Below, one piece after another: positions 26,180 through 38,851 of a DNA stretch of 64,000 nt (the stretch's first letter is position 1; each line of letters starts with the position of its first letter). Source of the DNA: Camelus ferus (Eukaryota); the NCBI RefSeq assembly GCF_009834535.1, contig NC_045697.1:33048001-33112000 (forward strand), written 5' to 3'. The notes beneath the pieces were generated by a model, which saw only the letters and a list, made by a program, of their open reading frames with translations, did no database searches and was not told the DNA's origin. Position numbers and translations under genes: made by a program.

Positions 26180-26930
26180 GTTTGTTTTATAAGCAGATAT
26201 CTTAAGTCCTTTGTATGCTGGACACTGTGCTAATTACATAACTTACAGCAATTAGCAAGAACAAATAAAAACCCTGCTCTGATGGAGCTCATAGTCTGCT
26301 GGATAAACATACAGTTTAAAAAAAATCACAATGCATGTTATAGTTGCTAAGCAGTATTTGGGAGGAGAGTGGGAGGTGTGGGCAGGGAACTAAGGCAGTA
26401 CACATTAGATATTAGTGACATTTGAGTTCTGATCTGTAACCTCTAGGTGTTAAGACTTCAGTGGAAGGTGGAAGTTTCTGTAGAGTGAGAGATCAGCATT
26501 TACAAGCCCCAAGGCCATGCAAGAACAAACATGCTGTGGTCAAAAAGGCGAGAGGACAGCCCTTGAGAAAGAGAGGTGAGAAGAGTTCAAGCTGGAAATC
26601 AGAAGTGGCCAGTCCTGGGTTCAATCCCCAGTACCTCTTCTAAAAATAAATAAACCTAATTACCTCCCCTCCACTAAAATGAAATAATTAAATAATACAA
26701 TAAGAAGTGGACAGATCTGTCACAGACTTGGGATGGAAATTAAGGGGTTAAAACAATGGGATGACTTAGAGATTTCATGGCACGAAGAGTGCATTTTTTA
26801 AAAATAAATTCTCATAATCAATGTGGAGAGTGGATTGCAAAAGGCAGATCTAAAGACAGTGAGACACTTAGGTAAGTGTGTAGCAAACAGAGGAAGAGAG
26901 AACATCATACTTGAGTCACTAAGGTCATAG
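26180..26930 (-). mobile_element. L2 LINE fragment, interrupted by a younger SINE
   Basis: gtatgctggacactgtgcta...ccctgctctgatggagctcatagtctg...gtgacatttgagttctgatctg...caaatgtggagagtggattg. Confidence 0.65.
26613..26702 (+). mobile_element. 5'-truncated tRNA-derived SINE resembling camelid Vic-1
   Basis: B-box ggttcaatccc, then cagtacctcttctaaaataaataaacctaattacctcccc and an A-rich tail; flanked by TSD agaagtggccag (26601-26612) / agaagtggacag (26703-26714). Confidence 0.8.
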
Positions 26931-29837
26931 GAGTAGGGAGACCAATTTCACTTAACCTCTCTGAGCCTCAGGTTCATCTGTAGCAAATAAAGATGTTGGG
27001 CTAGATGGACTCAGTGAGCTTTCTGATGGAAAAATGTGCCCAGAGTGTTTAGTTCATGTACTACAGTGAAAGGAGCATCCCGTCCCCGCATGGGCCCTCA
27101 GAGAGTAGTGCAGTAACGCTTTGACCTAACACGTAGCTCTGAGGAGCTAGGCTGCAAGAGTTTGAAAGAGAAAGATAAAAAGCAGCCACAGGAGAAAGAA
27201 AGGAAAGCTAATAAAGTGAAATATCTGCTGGGAACTGCTTCACACAGGCTTATTTGTGAGGGTTCCTGGGGGAAACAAACAAACCAGAACGATGTGAAAC
27301 TTTCATCAGAAAGCCCCAAGCCACATGAAAACTGCCTCCTTCCAGGTTTATGCACAAATTTCATACCGAAGGGATTTCATTCAGATTTGTGGAATATTTT
27401 CCCCTGAGCCCAGGAACCTTTCATCAAAGCAAAAACGGAAACCTGTTACCCCTGTCTAGAGACAGACGGTGCTTCCTCCAGGTTGAATGTTCAGCTCCTT
27501 GCTCTGTGTGCTGGCACTTCAACAAAGAGTAGAGATTTAAGTGTAGGTGTTTGGCTTTCCTGTGCAACCACATGGAAATCAGAGTAAGGATTTTCAAAAA
27601 TAAATATCTGAAGTAATATCCAGGTTCCTGCCATTTTTAGCGATAATGCAGGAAGGACTGGGTAGGAGCCCTCACCTGGCCTGCTCATTCTCACACACCT
27701 CTCTGATTGTCAGAATTTATTCAGTCCCGGGATCTACTGGGGGCCCCCTCCTGCTCCTTCTTGCTTCTTTCGCATTCTGTCTTGTTCTTACTTAATGGAA
27801 TTAGGATTACATGTATAAACTATTAAGCTTCAAAGGCCCTTTAATAATCATATAATCCAACATCTTCATCTTACCTCTAAAGCAGCTAAGTAGTTAAGTC
27901 TATGGCATTCTCTGCCTTCTCCACACTGTCCAGGGTTAGGACTGAATAAATAGGAAGAAGAGGCTACTTTTCACATCCCTTAATAATGAAAAAGTCTCTA
28001 TCCAGTGCATCGGTCTTTCTGTTACCATGGAGGCATTATCTTTGCCACAATTCTGAATTTAGTGTAAGGAAATACAATGGTATTTCTGTTTGTGAAATTT
28101 TCTAATTCACGTATTAAGTGTTTTTCCTAAATTTTAAAATACGGTGTGCCTCGGTCTTCACAGAATTTTAGCTAGTGGTTAAGATGCAACGTTGAAGGTT
28201 AAATGCAACTGTTGAAAAGCATCAGGTTTTACAAACATTATAGGTAGTATCAAACTCTTCATTCTCTATGCTCTACAATGCTTCACTTTATTATCTTTCT
28301 ATGGCTTCTCTGACACTGTTCACTCATATGTCTCATACATGCCTGCCTTCTTTTTATACTATAAGCATCTTGATGACAGAGACTGTGTATTCTTCATTTT
28401 TTTTTTATTCTAAACCTCTAAGATTATACCTAGCAAAAAGAAAGGGCTGAGTGAATAGTTGCAGACTGGATACTTTTTTAAAAAAATTGGAGATATTGTG
28501 TCACCTATGTTAAATAAGCAGTATAAAATAATGCAAAAGTACATATGTCAACGAATTTATGTCAAGGTAACTTAACTTTAAAGCTTTTGTACATATTGAG
28601 AGCTGAGAGAAATTTGAAAAAAATGACTTAAGCAATTTTTAACATGTTCCCAATTTATTTACATAAAATCAGAAAAGAAACAAAATTCTAAAAGAAGCAG
28701 GATCACTAATATGTATAGTTTCTCATTTATTAAAGTTATATAGTTTTAAGAAATATTGGCTTGAACTGGTTTATCATCTCTAACTAAAGAAATTTTGTGA
28801 CTAGTCAGGATATGCAAAGGATTTCTGTACGTTTTTATTTGTATAAGCAAATAGTGAGCATCATCTTTAGCAATAATTGTATTACATGTGCCAACTTTAA
28901 AGTCTGCATTTCCAAGTACTCTGTTCATCCAAGGTTGAACTAAACTTCTCAACAAGAGGTAGACGTACAGTGAACACAGCTCTTAGACATATAGTAATGT
29001 TTGTCATATTGTAATTTCAAGTCTTCTTACACTGAAATCATTGCTGTTACATAAGGAAAAGCACATTTTTCAGGACTTCAGAGGCAGCAATTTATTTGTC
29101 TCCCAGATTTGGTGTTAAAACAGGGCTTGTATAGGTGATTATTAATCCACTGGCTATTACTGCCTAACTAACACATATTGAATCATCACCTACAAGCTGT
29201 AAACTGGGGGCAGCAAAGAGCCCCATCAGCCAACTTTGGCTGAAGTTTCCTTTGGATCTTGCCAGAAAAATTTATCCTTGGATTTCTTCTTTTTCAAGGC
29301 AGCAAAGAAACTTTGTGTACAGTTTGGACATGTGAAAATATGTTCCATCTAGCTTTGCCCCTTCCTAAGGGCCACATTGATAAATTCAAGAACATACTTC
29401 TGTAGATATACTCTAGAAGAACATTTCTTAAAATGCATTCTATGTAATTCCAGTTTGATTAGATTTCCCCTTTTCAAAATAGTAAAAGGATTTTGTGATC
29501 AAATAGTTTAAGGAAACTGCTTAGACAGGCTTCTTCATTGCTGGACTTCTCAGGAGCTTCAAAATTGTGCATCATCTGTCTCATGAAAGGAGATAGAAAA
29601 TACAGTATTTTCCAAACTTAATGACTACCAAATCTTTATTCAGCCTTAAAGCATCTTGTGAGAAGAGTGTTCTGTTAAAAACACTTGTAAAAATCACATT
29701 CACGTTAATGGGAAGAGAAGTGAAAAGTATATTGAGTTCGAAAGTTAAGGGTTTCTTTAGAGAAAAAATAAATTCAAATGACAAAAAAATATATTTTATT
29801 CTTCTCTATATCAAACCATGAAAGAAGGAAAACAATA

Positions 29838-29871
29838 CACACTACACACACACATACACACACACGCACAC
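29838..29871. repeat. Imperfect (CA)n microsatellite
   Basis: cacactacacacacacatacacacacacgcacac. Confidence 0.9.
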
Positions 29872-29874
29872 CAT

Positions 29875-30050
29875 ATTTAGTCAGGCTAATCTAAGTTCAA
29901 GTCTTAACTCTGCCATTTACCAACAACATGACCTGAACAGATAACTCTAGTACCAAAACTTTCAGTATCTCATTAAAAATAACTACCTCACAGGAGACTG
30001 CAGGAATTGAATGAAATAATGTCTCAAGCATTGCCACTATTTAAGCACAT
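29875..30050 (+). mobile_element. MIR SINE
   Basis: aagttcaagtcttaactctgccatttaccaacaacatgacctgaacagataac...actacctcacagg...attgaatgaaataatgt. Confidence 0.7.
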
Positions 30051-33000
30051 GTTGACGATGGATTTTCTTTCCTGACAGGGCTCCATTTTCTACCTTCATT
30101 CCCTTCCCTAGCCAGGAATTTTTCAAATAGTGGAATCAAGGCATCCATGAAATCATTTATTATGCTTTCAAGATGCCTCTGAATAAAATGTGCTCAGTGA
30201 AATTTTCTCGTGGTAGAGAAAAATTAAAGAAGGAAGATTATATAAGCTTAGACTATTCAACTTTGTAATTAATTTATATAAGTTCAAAAATACTATTTTT
30301 GATAACCCCTTAGTACATACATATTCCTTCAGTACTTAACTTGGTTTGAAATTTCTTCAATAATGGTAAAAATTGCCTAAAAGAAATAATGTATAAATTC
30401 TTTTCTCCAACTGTTATTTTCCTTGAAATATTAAAAGCATATTTGTATATGTGCACATTTATTACTATAAATATTGAGCTAACAATATTGTTGTAAATTG
30501 TCATATGAAAGTCATAACAGATAGCCTGTGGCAATGGAAATTTAGCTTTGGGAAAATCCTCTGTGAAGCAACATCTTTGTGATCTTTGTTAACATTTACT
30601 TTATGTAATTACGTGCTCCTCTGTAAGATGTATAGATATTGAGGTATTGCTGATCACAACTCTCTTGGGTTATCATTTTAGAAGGTCTTGGCCATATGGC
30701 CCAAGAATATTCACAGTCAGTCATAGAACCGTGGCACTACGATTATTGAATTATATGTGCTAGAATTTTATATAAAATGTATTACTTATAATTATGCAAC
30801 AAGTCTATAGTTTTCTTTTTTTTTCTTTTCAGATTTTAAAATATATTTTCTGGAAAATTCAAATTGAGAGGTTTTTAAACCTTATTTCTAGTGTGTTCCT
30901 TGAAATATAAAATAATTTCTTGTTAACTGTCTCTGACTCCAGTGCCATTTCCCCTTGAGTCACGTGTTGTAATACCTAGTACTTTCATGTTAATCCTGCC
31001 TGCTTTGTGTTGTCTTGTTACTATTGTGTAATTGCACAGAGAATTCTAAAATGTCTCAATTCTTTCTCTAGTTGATGGTTTATCTTCTTTACACTTTCAA
31101 CTTTGGTTACGTGAGTTATCTTTTTTCTTCTCTCTTGTTTCACAAGTGAGTTTTCTTTTTTTACTTTTTAATTGTTTGCCTGTGTTTATCAATTCATGTT
31201 ACGTTTATCAATTTATAATTTTTTTCTTTACTATGTTTCTTTTCTGGTTTTCCTGCATTTGTTGTATTGTTTTGTTGACTTTTCAATCTATTTTTTTATT
31301 GATACTGATAGCATTAAATACTGCTCATTTACTGGATTAAATATATACTGCATCCCATACTTCTTTAAAAATAAATTTTGTACATTCATTGTATTGTAAT
31401 CAAGGTATAATTATGACTCTTTTTCTTTTTTGAATTATTATTTCAAAGATTTTTTTCAAACAATGGTTATTAGCTTCCTTTTATGTGGTAACTGTTTTGG
31501 CCCCTGACTATCTAAGGTTTACAAAGTAGAGGACAATCAATCAATGAATAAACATGTGTGTATATACTTTTTAAAGTTCCTGCTTGTAGTAAGTGCTACA
31601 GAGTGAATAAATAAGACTCAGATCAATTAGATATAGAGAACAGAGAATGCCTCTTTTTTCATTAAAATTAAGCTTAGAGCTACAATATAAGCAGGAGCCA
31701 ACAAAGCAATTTAAAAGGGAAAGAATAGTCTAAGCAGAAATAATAAGTTATTCCAAGGTTCTGAGCTGTGAACACTTCAGGGTCTTTGAAATGGCACTGG
31801 ACAAACTTGTAGAAGTTGGTAAGGCCAGAAACTGCAGGACTTTCTAGGAAATAAGTAACTGAATTAAGTCCTACCTTTTAATTGGTGGAAGGTAAAAAAT
31901 CATATTGTTAAAAAAAAAATGTATGTTGGGAAATGTTGTTGCAACCACTTCTGGAAAATGCAATCTGTTATGCAACTGGTTCAGGAAATAATGGAACTCT
32001 GGAAATAAGATTTGATTCATATGCTTTCAAAGAGCCAGTCACATCTTTACTTCATTGAATGTATCATTTTAGTTTAGCTTAAATTTTATTTTAATTTTCA
32101 TCTTGATAGTTTAAGGAAAGCAGGTCATGGTTGAAAACTACACCATTTAAAGACCATTAGGAAACATACATTTTCCATAAGAGTAGAAAAAGCATTTCAG
32201 CTTATTAGCTTTCTCTATGATGAATCACACAGTGAATCAGCTTTACACTAGGAAGTCAGCACAGCTCAATAAACTAATCAATGAACTAAAACTTGAGCAT
32301 ATGGTATACACACTGTACTCCCCCCAAGATATTTTAAGCTCATCAAAATAATCCAAAACCAGATGCAGATTCAATTTTTTTTACTGCAGCAGTGAAATTT
32401 ATCCCAGAAATGATTTTTTACAAACACTTTGGAATTTTTATAATACAGTCTCATTCTTGAATGTCTACTTTCCTCACGTTCAATCCATCAATTAGAATAT
32501 AATGGAAAGTAGCTTTGTAAAAACTGAGGAAAACTGTAATACAGTTGGCCCTTCATTATTATGTATTTATTGTCAAAGGTTAAGAAAGTGATAAAAACAT
32601 CCGATCATGGCTTACACGCAGATTGATACCAATGCAGTCTTCCAGCATATGCTCAGCATCATAGAAAATGAAATAGGAGGATTGTGAGGTCCACATGCAG
32701 CTGGGCATACATGTCTGTCAGTAATTTGCTACAGGAAAGTCACTGTGCTAACTGTTTTCTTACTTTTGCTTCCTTTAATGCTTGCAATAAGCCTGTACAG
32801 TGTCCTAAAGAATAGAGGGTTGTTTTATTTTTTTAAATTCATAACAAGAAATCTTGGAATAAGCAGTCCAGCAAAGGTATAACAATCACTCTTTTTTTCT
32901 GTACATCAACTTCTGCATGTCCTAGTCTTCTGTCTGAATTCCAAGAGGAAGAAGGGGAAGGCCAAAAGCTGAAAAATCTAAGGACTGAGTGCAGACAGCA

Positions 33001-33114
33001 GCCTAGTATATTTCTTAAGAAGAAAAAGAAAAGCTCACTGGAGAGAACACCCAAATATTCCAATATTGTACTTATTTTTCGGTACTCACTTCACAGTGTC
33101 TGCTGCACATTCTG

Positions 33115-33560
33115 TAGAGTCAGTACATTTATTGTCATCCATGGTTTACAGTTGGGATGAGTGTGGCTTGAAAGGGTTAAGTAATTTTCCTGGTGCCCTG
33201 TGGTCTGTAACTAGTGGAGCTGGGCTGCAAACTGGGTGTCTGAATTCAGTCACATTTTCAACAGCTATATAAAGCTGCTTCCTATTACAGTCCTGGATCA
33301 AAAACTAATTATTTCAAGAAATCTCCCTTTCATAAGTCTTTCCCCTCTCATAAACATCAGGGGCAGATATTAACAATTTTGGAGCATCTGCAAGGTGCCA
33401 AACATTTCCGTAAATATTATCTTTATTAAATCCTTTGTAGTATATGTTAGCCCTACTATTTAGATTAAAAAAAAAATAACAAGGCCTATAAAGTTAGTTT
33501 GTCCATAACCACCCAGAAGTAAGGAAGTGCTGGGATTTGATTCTAATTCTGCGTAATTTC
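33115..33560 (-). mobile_element. Two adjacent MIR fragments
   Basis: ttacagttgggatgag...gttaagtaattttcctggtg...actagtggagctgggctgcaaactggg; and tttgtccataaccacccagaagtaagg...gctgggatttga. Confidence 0.6.
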
Positions 33561-33724
33561 AATGCTGTTTCTATTTTTGCTACAGAAGTTTTGTGATTTT
33601 CCTAAATATAATGACTGTTGCTGATACTACACATTTATATCCAGTCTGCAAAGAAGATTGTAGAAGTAATTTTTCTTCTGTATATCTATGTTCTATAGAT
33701 AGATATGTAGACATATGCTTAATT

Positions 33725-34700
33725 ATGGTAAAAAAGAAACATGAAAATTTTATCATCCTAACCTGTACAGTTGGGTTAACTATATTTACAGTATCATGCA
33801 ACAGCTCTGCAGATTTTTTTCGTCTTGCAAAACTGAAACTCTATATCCATTGTACAACTTCCCATGCCCCCTTCCCCAAGCCCTTGGCAATTACCATACT
33901 ACTTCTGTTTCTATGAATTTCACTGTTTTAGATACTTCATAAAGGGGAATCTACAGTGCAGGTATCCCTTGCTTTTCAAAAGTCCACTTAATGCCACTGC
34001 ACTTTTCTGGGAAGACCTACGTGGGTACCTGATTTTGCTAACCAGAATAAATCCTAAGGGAATTTTTGCTTTACAAAAATAAGGCAAAAAATGAAAATAG
34101 TGTTCAGCATCAGTTTTGCAGCAAGCTTTTATAGAGGCAGGGCTCACAGTGAATAGCCAGAATAGCACCACCAAGACCCTCTTCCAGGAACCACACTCCT
34201 CATCTCAGCATTAAGCCACCATAACTTTCAACTTTGTGAGCATCTGTACTTTGTCTCCATTTATTTTATGTCTCTGTTAGCAAGATGTGTCTTAAGGTAA
34301 TTGCTTCTTTGCTTTACACTCTTTTATCTTAGGAAAGTTTTTTGCAGGAATGCTTTACTTTTGGATAGCAGAAGAAATCTTTATTTTTCTTTCTGTGGTT
34401 GGTTTATTTCTCTTAGTATGTTGTCCTCAAGTTTTATCCATGTTGTAGCATGTGACAAAATTTTCTTCTTTTTAAAAGCTGAATAATACTCTATTGTATA
34501 TATATATACTAAATTTTCTTTATCTGTTTATAGCCATTGGTTGCCTCCACTTTTTGGCCATTGTGAATAATGCTGCAAAGAACATGGGTGTGCAAATATC
34601 CCTTTGAGATCCTGATTTCAATTCTTCTGGAGACATATATATATATATCTCCAGAAAGTAATTATGTGGGCATATATATATGATTGCTGGATCATTATAG
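33725..34700 (-). mobile_element. L1MA/MB-type 3' end split by a DNA transposon
   Basis: cttgcaaaactgaaactctatatccat...cccttggcaattaccatactacttctgtttctatgaatt...[insert]...ttatccatgttgtagcatgtgacaaaattttcttctttttaaaagctgaataatact...tgtgaataatgctgc. Confidence 0.85.
33959..34381. mobile_element. TcMar/Tigger-type non-autonomous DNA transposon (~420 bp)
   Basis: Imperfect TIRs caggtatcccttgct / agcagaagaaatct. It sits at the TA of the L1 motif 'cagTAtt' (left copy now tg, right copy ta). Confidence 0.7.
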
Positions 34701-35041
34701 AAGTAATTTTAATTAATTAATTAAGAATTTAAAACATGAAATATGTAGATTCCATTTGGAGGTTGCCATTTTTTATTTCTTCCTGCATCTCTGCAGTCTC
34801 ATGTTAGGATAATTAACTTTTGGCCTTTGACTTTCCAGTTATATAGGTTAATATAATCTTGTCTCTCCGATCTGTCAGCCCCTTAATGAAATCTGTTTTG
34901 AATCCCATCCTGGACATGTATCTTTGGCTGACTTATTCTCCAATGCCAGTGATTATAAATATATATAATATCTTACATATATATATTTATAGTAATACTT
35001 TAGGACTTAGGCTGAGTATGTGGGGCCTGGATGCATAGAGA

Positions 35042-35250
35042 GGCAGCTTGTAGAGTGATGTAGAGAACAGGCTGTCAGGCTGGCATGTCAGGGTTTAATC
35101 CCAGGGGTACTATTCACTTTCTCTGTGTCCTTGGACAAGTATCTCAACCACTCTGTGCCTCAGGTTCCTTTCACATAAATTGCAGATTAAAATAGTAACT
35201 ATTTAAGGATGTTGTTATTATGAATAAACTCAGGATAATGTCAAGTATAC
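35042..35250 (+). mobile_element. MIR SINE
   Basis: gggtttaatcccagg...ctgtgtccttggacaagtatctcaaccactctgtgcctcaggttcct. Confidence 0.8.
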
Positions 35251-36123
35251 ATTGTGTACTAGCTAAAATTACTCTTTCTTATTGTCACATTATATTTCAT
35301 TACCCACTCTTACGTATTGTCAGAAGCCATTCCCTCACAATTCCTTATAGAAGAACATGGCTTTATTCTCACTATACTTAGTTCAGTGTGTCACCTGCAG
35401 TTTCCTGTATTACAGTTATTTGCCCAAGGTGGTTAAATCAGAATTGAAATATGCTATGCTTGTGTATCACAGATATTTAATTGCAGACCAGTCAGTACCA
35501 TCTACATTTTCAAGTTTCACCCTCATGCATGATTGAATTTTTGTGTATAGTTCTGGGCACATTGTAAAACTCAGTATGTACTATTTCACTCCAGTTTACA
35601 GTAATTATTGAAGTCAGAAACTATATCATATTCATTGTTGTAACCTTACCTAGAAAGGAAGAGCTAGAAGGACCTGGATCTTGTCTTTCTTGGTCCTGCT
35701 TCAATTCTTCCATTCAAATTGTCAAGAAAAAGAAATGTACAATAGAGTCAAAGAAAAAAAAACACTTATACTAACCGGAATTTTGGCAACAAGTGTCAAT
35801 TTGAAAAAAATCTAGTAAATTAGCCCTTTGCTCTTAGAACAAACACACCTAGATTTACTGCACCAATGTGCAAAAATAATACCTGCCTGTATCAGAGAAA
35901 ATGGAGCTGGAGAGACAGAGAAGCTTATTTGATTCACAGGTCAAGTTTGCCGAGGCATCCTGGTCCAGTCATGGCTAGTGACTGTGCAGGGAGAGGCACA
36001 GAGCTCAGAGTTGCCCGGGGCTGCCTCTAGCTCTTGTTTTCCAGGTAGAGAGAAAGTAATTATTTGACCATGAAGTTTATTAACTATAATCAGTTCCGAA
36101 TCCCTCAATGTGTCCTCAAACAT

Positions 36124-36615
36124 TGTTATGGGTGTTTTTCACTTTCCTTTCCAAACGCCTCCAGCCTATACCCTCTGCTCCATATTCTAGAAAACCAACC
36201 TGTATGGATTGGATCAAATGCTCTCTTGTTCTATGGCTTCTAGTTAGGTTTGCCAATGAGGAGACTAGCAGAAGATCGGAGGGAAAAAGGGAAATTATGT
36301 CACCAAGGTATTTATTCCACAGGTTCCCTCCAAAAGGATTGCCACAAGTTGCCAGTGTCCTTCAGCTGAAGGTCACAGTGCCTGTCATAGGCCCTTCTGC
36401 CCACAGCTATTTCTTTTTTGCTCCCTGCAACTACTGCCTCCCCTCTGGTCCTTTGGACCCAGCTCCTGCTTCTGGAATTTCTTTCAGGATTCTGGAAGAT
36501 GCTTGGAGGCTTTTCTAGCTTTTCCCATGCTTTTATAAAGTGTCCTTTTATTAAACCCTACCCAAATCACACAATTAAACTATCCTGTTATTCTCCTTGT
36601 GGAAGCATGACTGAA
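36124..36615 (+). mobile_element. LTR33-like ERVL solo LTR
   Basis: acctgtatggattggatcaa...tggcttctagttaggtttgccaatgaggag...aggtatttattcc...gtccttcagctgaaggtcacag...ccttttattaaaccct. Confidence 0.75.
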
Positions 36616-37812
36616 AAACACATAGAAAGTACTGAGTTAAGACACATTTTATTGTCTTCCTTCCTCACCCTTGAGAAGACAAAGTAAGGGAATGTAGGAG
36701 GGATTATGCATGCAGTACAAATGGTTCAATTCTTTTATAACATGCCTTAAACTCATTGTAAATACAGAATTTACAAACAAAAGACTTGAGCTTGATGTGT
36801 GTCATGTGCCTGGGCCATCCGAACTCTGGCCCACAGTTTCTCCTTTGCCAAATAGAATGCTTAGTATTGGCCTCTCATGTGGCATAGGCTTTGCTGCTGG
36901 TCACCTTCGATCATTAATTTAAAATTTTGCGTAGGAAAACAATATGCTAATATTAATTATTAAGATTAATGCAAAGCTAAGTTTTTCACCGTTTCAAAAA
37001 TTTTATGGGAGTAAACTTTTAAAAAGACAAGTCATAATGAATTGAAATTTTAGCTCAACAATTTAAAGGTTAAAGGCTAAAAAAATTAAAAATCTGAATC
37101 TTAGTATGAATATAAACAGTTTTTAGTAGCATACTTGAATCAATATTCAGAGATCTTATTTATGGTAAATGTTGAGTGCGTCATTACTATGGTTACCTAT
37201 TGTAGTACTATCATAAAAAAGCTTTCCTCTTTTATTCAGATTATAAAATTTTTAACAAATTTCTGTGACTATTTGAAATGTAAATTTTAATAATTGAAAT
37301 GCACATCCTGAAATCCAGAGAAAAGCACGTGAGTAATGTGCAAAGTGAATTAAATATTTATTCCAATGAAATTATTCAGAAAAAGCTGCTTGGATTTTAA
37401 TACTGTGAAAAATGTTAAAAGCAAGATTTTTATATTGACACAACAACTTTAATGAGGAAACACACCTTATGCTGTCTCAAGACGGAAAATATTAACATTA
37501 CTTTAACATTTGCATTTATCACTTTTCTTTTACTTAAAAGCATCTTGTGTCAATCTTTTCTCTAGATTAATCTACTTTATCTACTTCAGACAACATTGAC
37601 ATAATTATGAAGCATGTATTTTCATCAATAAAACAGATTTACAATAAGATTTTTACAGATTCAAAAAAGAGAACATATCTTTGATTAATGTCTCTTGAGA
37701 GGATTTGAGATGATAAAGTACAGTGCAGAGCATTATTTTTTAAAAATTAAGAAAATGTATTTTAAAAAAAAGTACTGTCTTTTGTAAATGGCGCAATAAA
37801 GTTATTCCAGAA

Positions 37813-37969
37813 CAGGAGTTGGCGAACCTTTTTTGTAAAGTGCCAGATAAGTACGTAATGTGGCTTTATGGGCTGTTTGATTTCCGTTTCACCTACTCTT
37901 CCCTGCCAGTATAGTACAAAGGCAATCATATTCAGTATGTAAACAAAGCGGTTTGACTATGTGCCAGTA
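37813..37969 (+). mobile_element. MER58A-like hAT-Charlie fragment
   Basis: caggagttggcgaaccttttttgtaaagtgccagata...ggctttatgggc...tactcttccctgcc...atgtaaacaaa...tgtgccagtaa. Confidence 0.8.
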
Positions 37970-38018
37970 ATCATTGCTGTGGCCACGGTGTGCCACCCCT
38001 TTTTCTAAAAAGTCAGCA

Positions 38019-38851
38019 CAGGCATAGCTCATTTTACTGTGCTTCGCTTTACTGTGCTTGGCAGATACTGTGTTTTTTACAAATTGACGGTTTGGGGCAA
38101 CTTATGTCAAATAAGTTTATTGTCACCATTTTTCCAACAGCACTTGCTCACTTCTTGTTTCTGTATCACATGTTGGTCATTTTCATAATATTTCAAACCT
38201 TTTCATTATTCTTACATTTGTTATGGTGATCTGGGATTCGTGATCTTTGATGTTACTATTGTAATTATTTTCGGGCACCACAAACCATGCGCATGTAAGA
38301 CAGCAAACTTTGTTGTTGAAATGACAACAAAGGATTAAGAATATTCTATGAGCTTAGTTTATAAAGCAGAGGCAGGGTTTGAGAGGATTAGCTTCAAGTT
38401 TGAAAGAAGTTCTATTGTGGGTAAAATGCTACCAAACAGCATTCCGTGCAAGGGAGAAATTGTTCTTGTAAAGAAGAGTCAATTGAAGTGGCAAACTTTG
38501 TGGTTGTCTTACTTTAAGAAATGCCACAGCCACACAAGCCTTCAGCAGTCACCTACCCTGATCAGTCAGCACCATCAATGTGGAGGCATGACTCTCCACG
38601 AGCCAAAAGATTATGACTTGCTGCAGGCCCAGATGGTTAGCATTTTTTCAGTCATAATGTAGGTTTTTAATTAAGGTGCGTACTTCTAAAAGAAATAACA
38701 CTATTGTGTACTTAACAGACTACAGCCATCTGTAAACATAACTTTTACATGTACTGGGAAACCAAAAATCTTGTGTGATTTGCTGTATTGTGATATTCAC
38801 TGTATTCTGGTGCTCTAGAATTGAACCTGCGATATTTCTGAGGCATGCCTG
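38019..38851 (+). mobile_element. Tigger1 internal-deletion derivative with both TIRs
   Basis: Left end caggcatagctcattttactgtgcttcgcttt, right end gatatttctgaggcatgcctg. The internal transposase C-terminal remnant (ORF 38348: AEAGFERISFKFERSSIVGKMLPNSIPC) is degenerate. Confidence 0.9.

Noticed and set aside
26613..26640. tRNA gene suggested by the B-box ggttcaatccc
   Set aside because: No A-box or cloverleaf; it is a truncated SINE with an A-rich tail and TSD.
36108..36518. Longest ORF in the track (136 aa)
   Set aside because: It lies within an LTR33-like solo LTR and has no recognisable domain.
38348..38662. Transposase-like ORF as an active or domesticated gene
   Set aside because: It is only a decayed C-terminal remnant in an internally deleted Tigger1; the DNA-binding and catalytic regions are missing.
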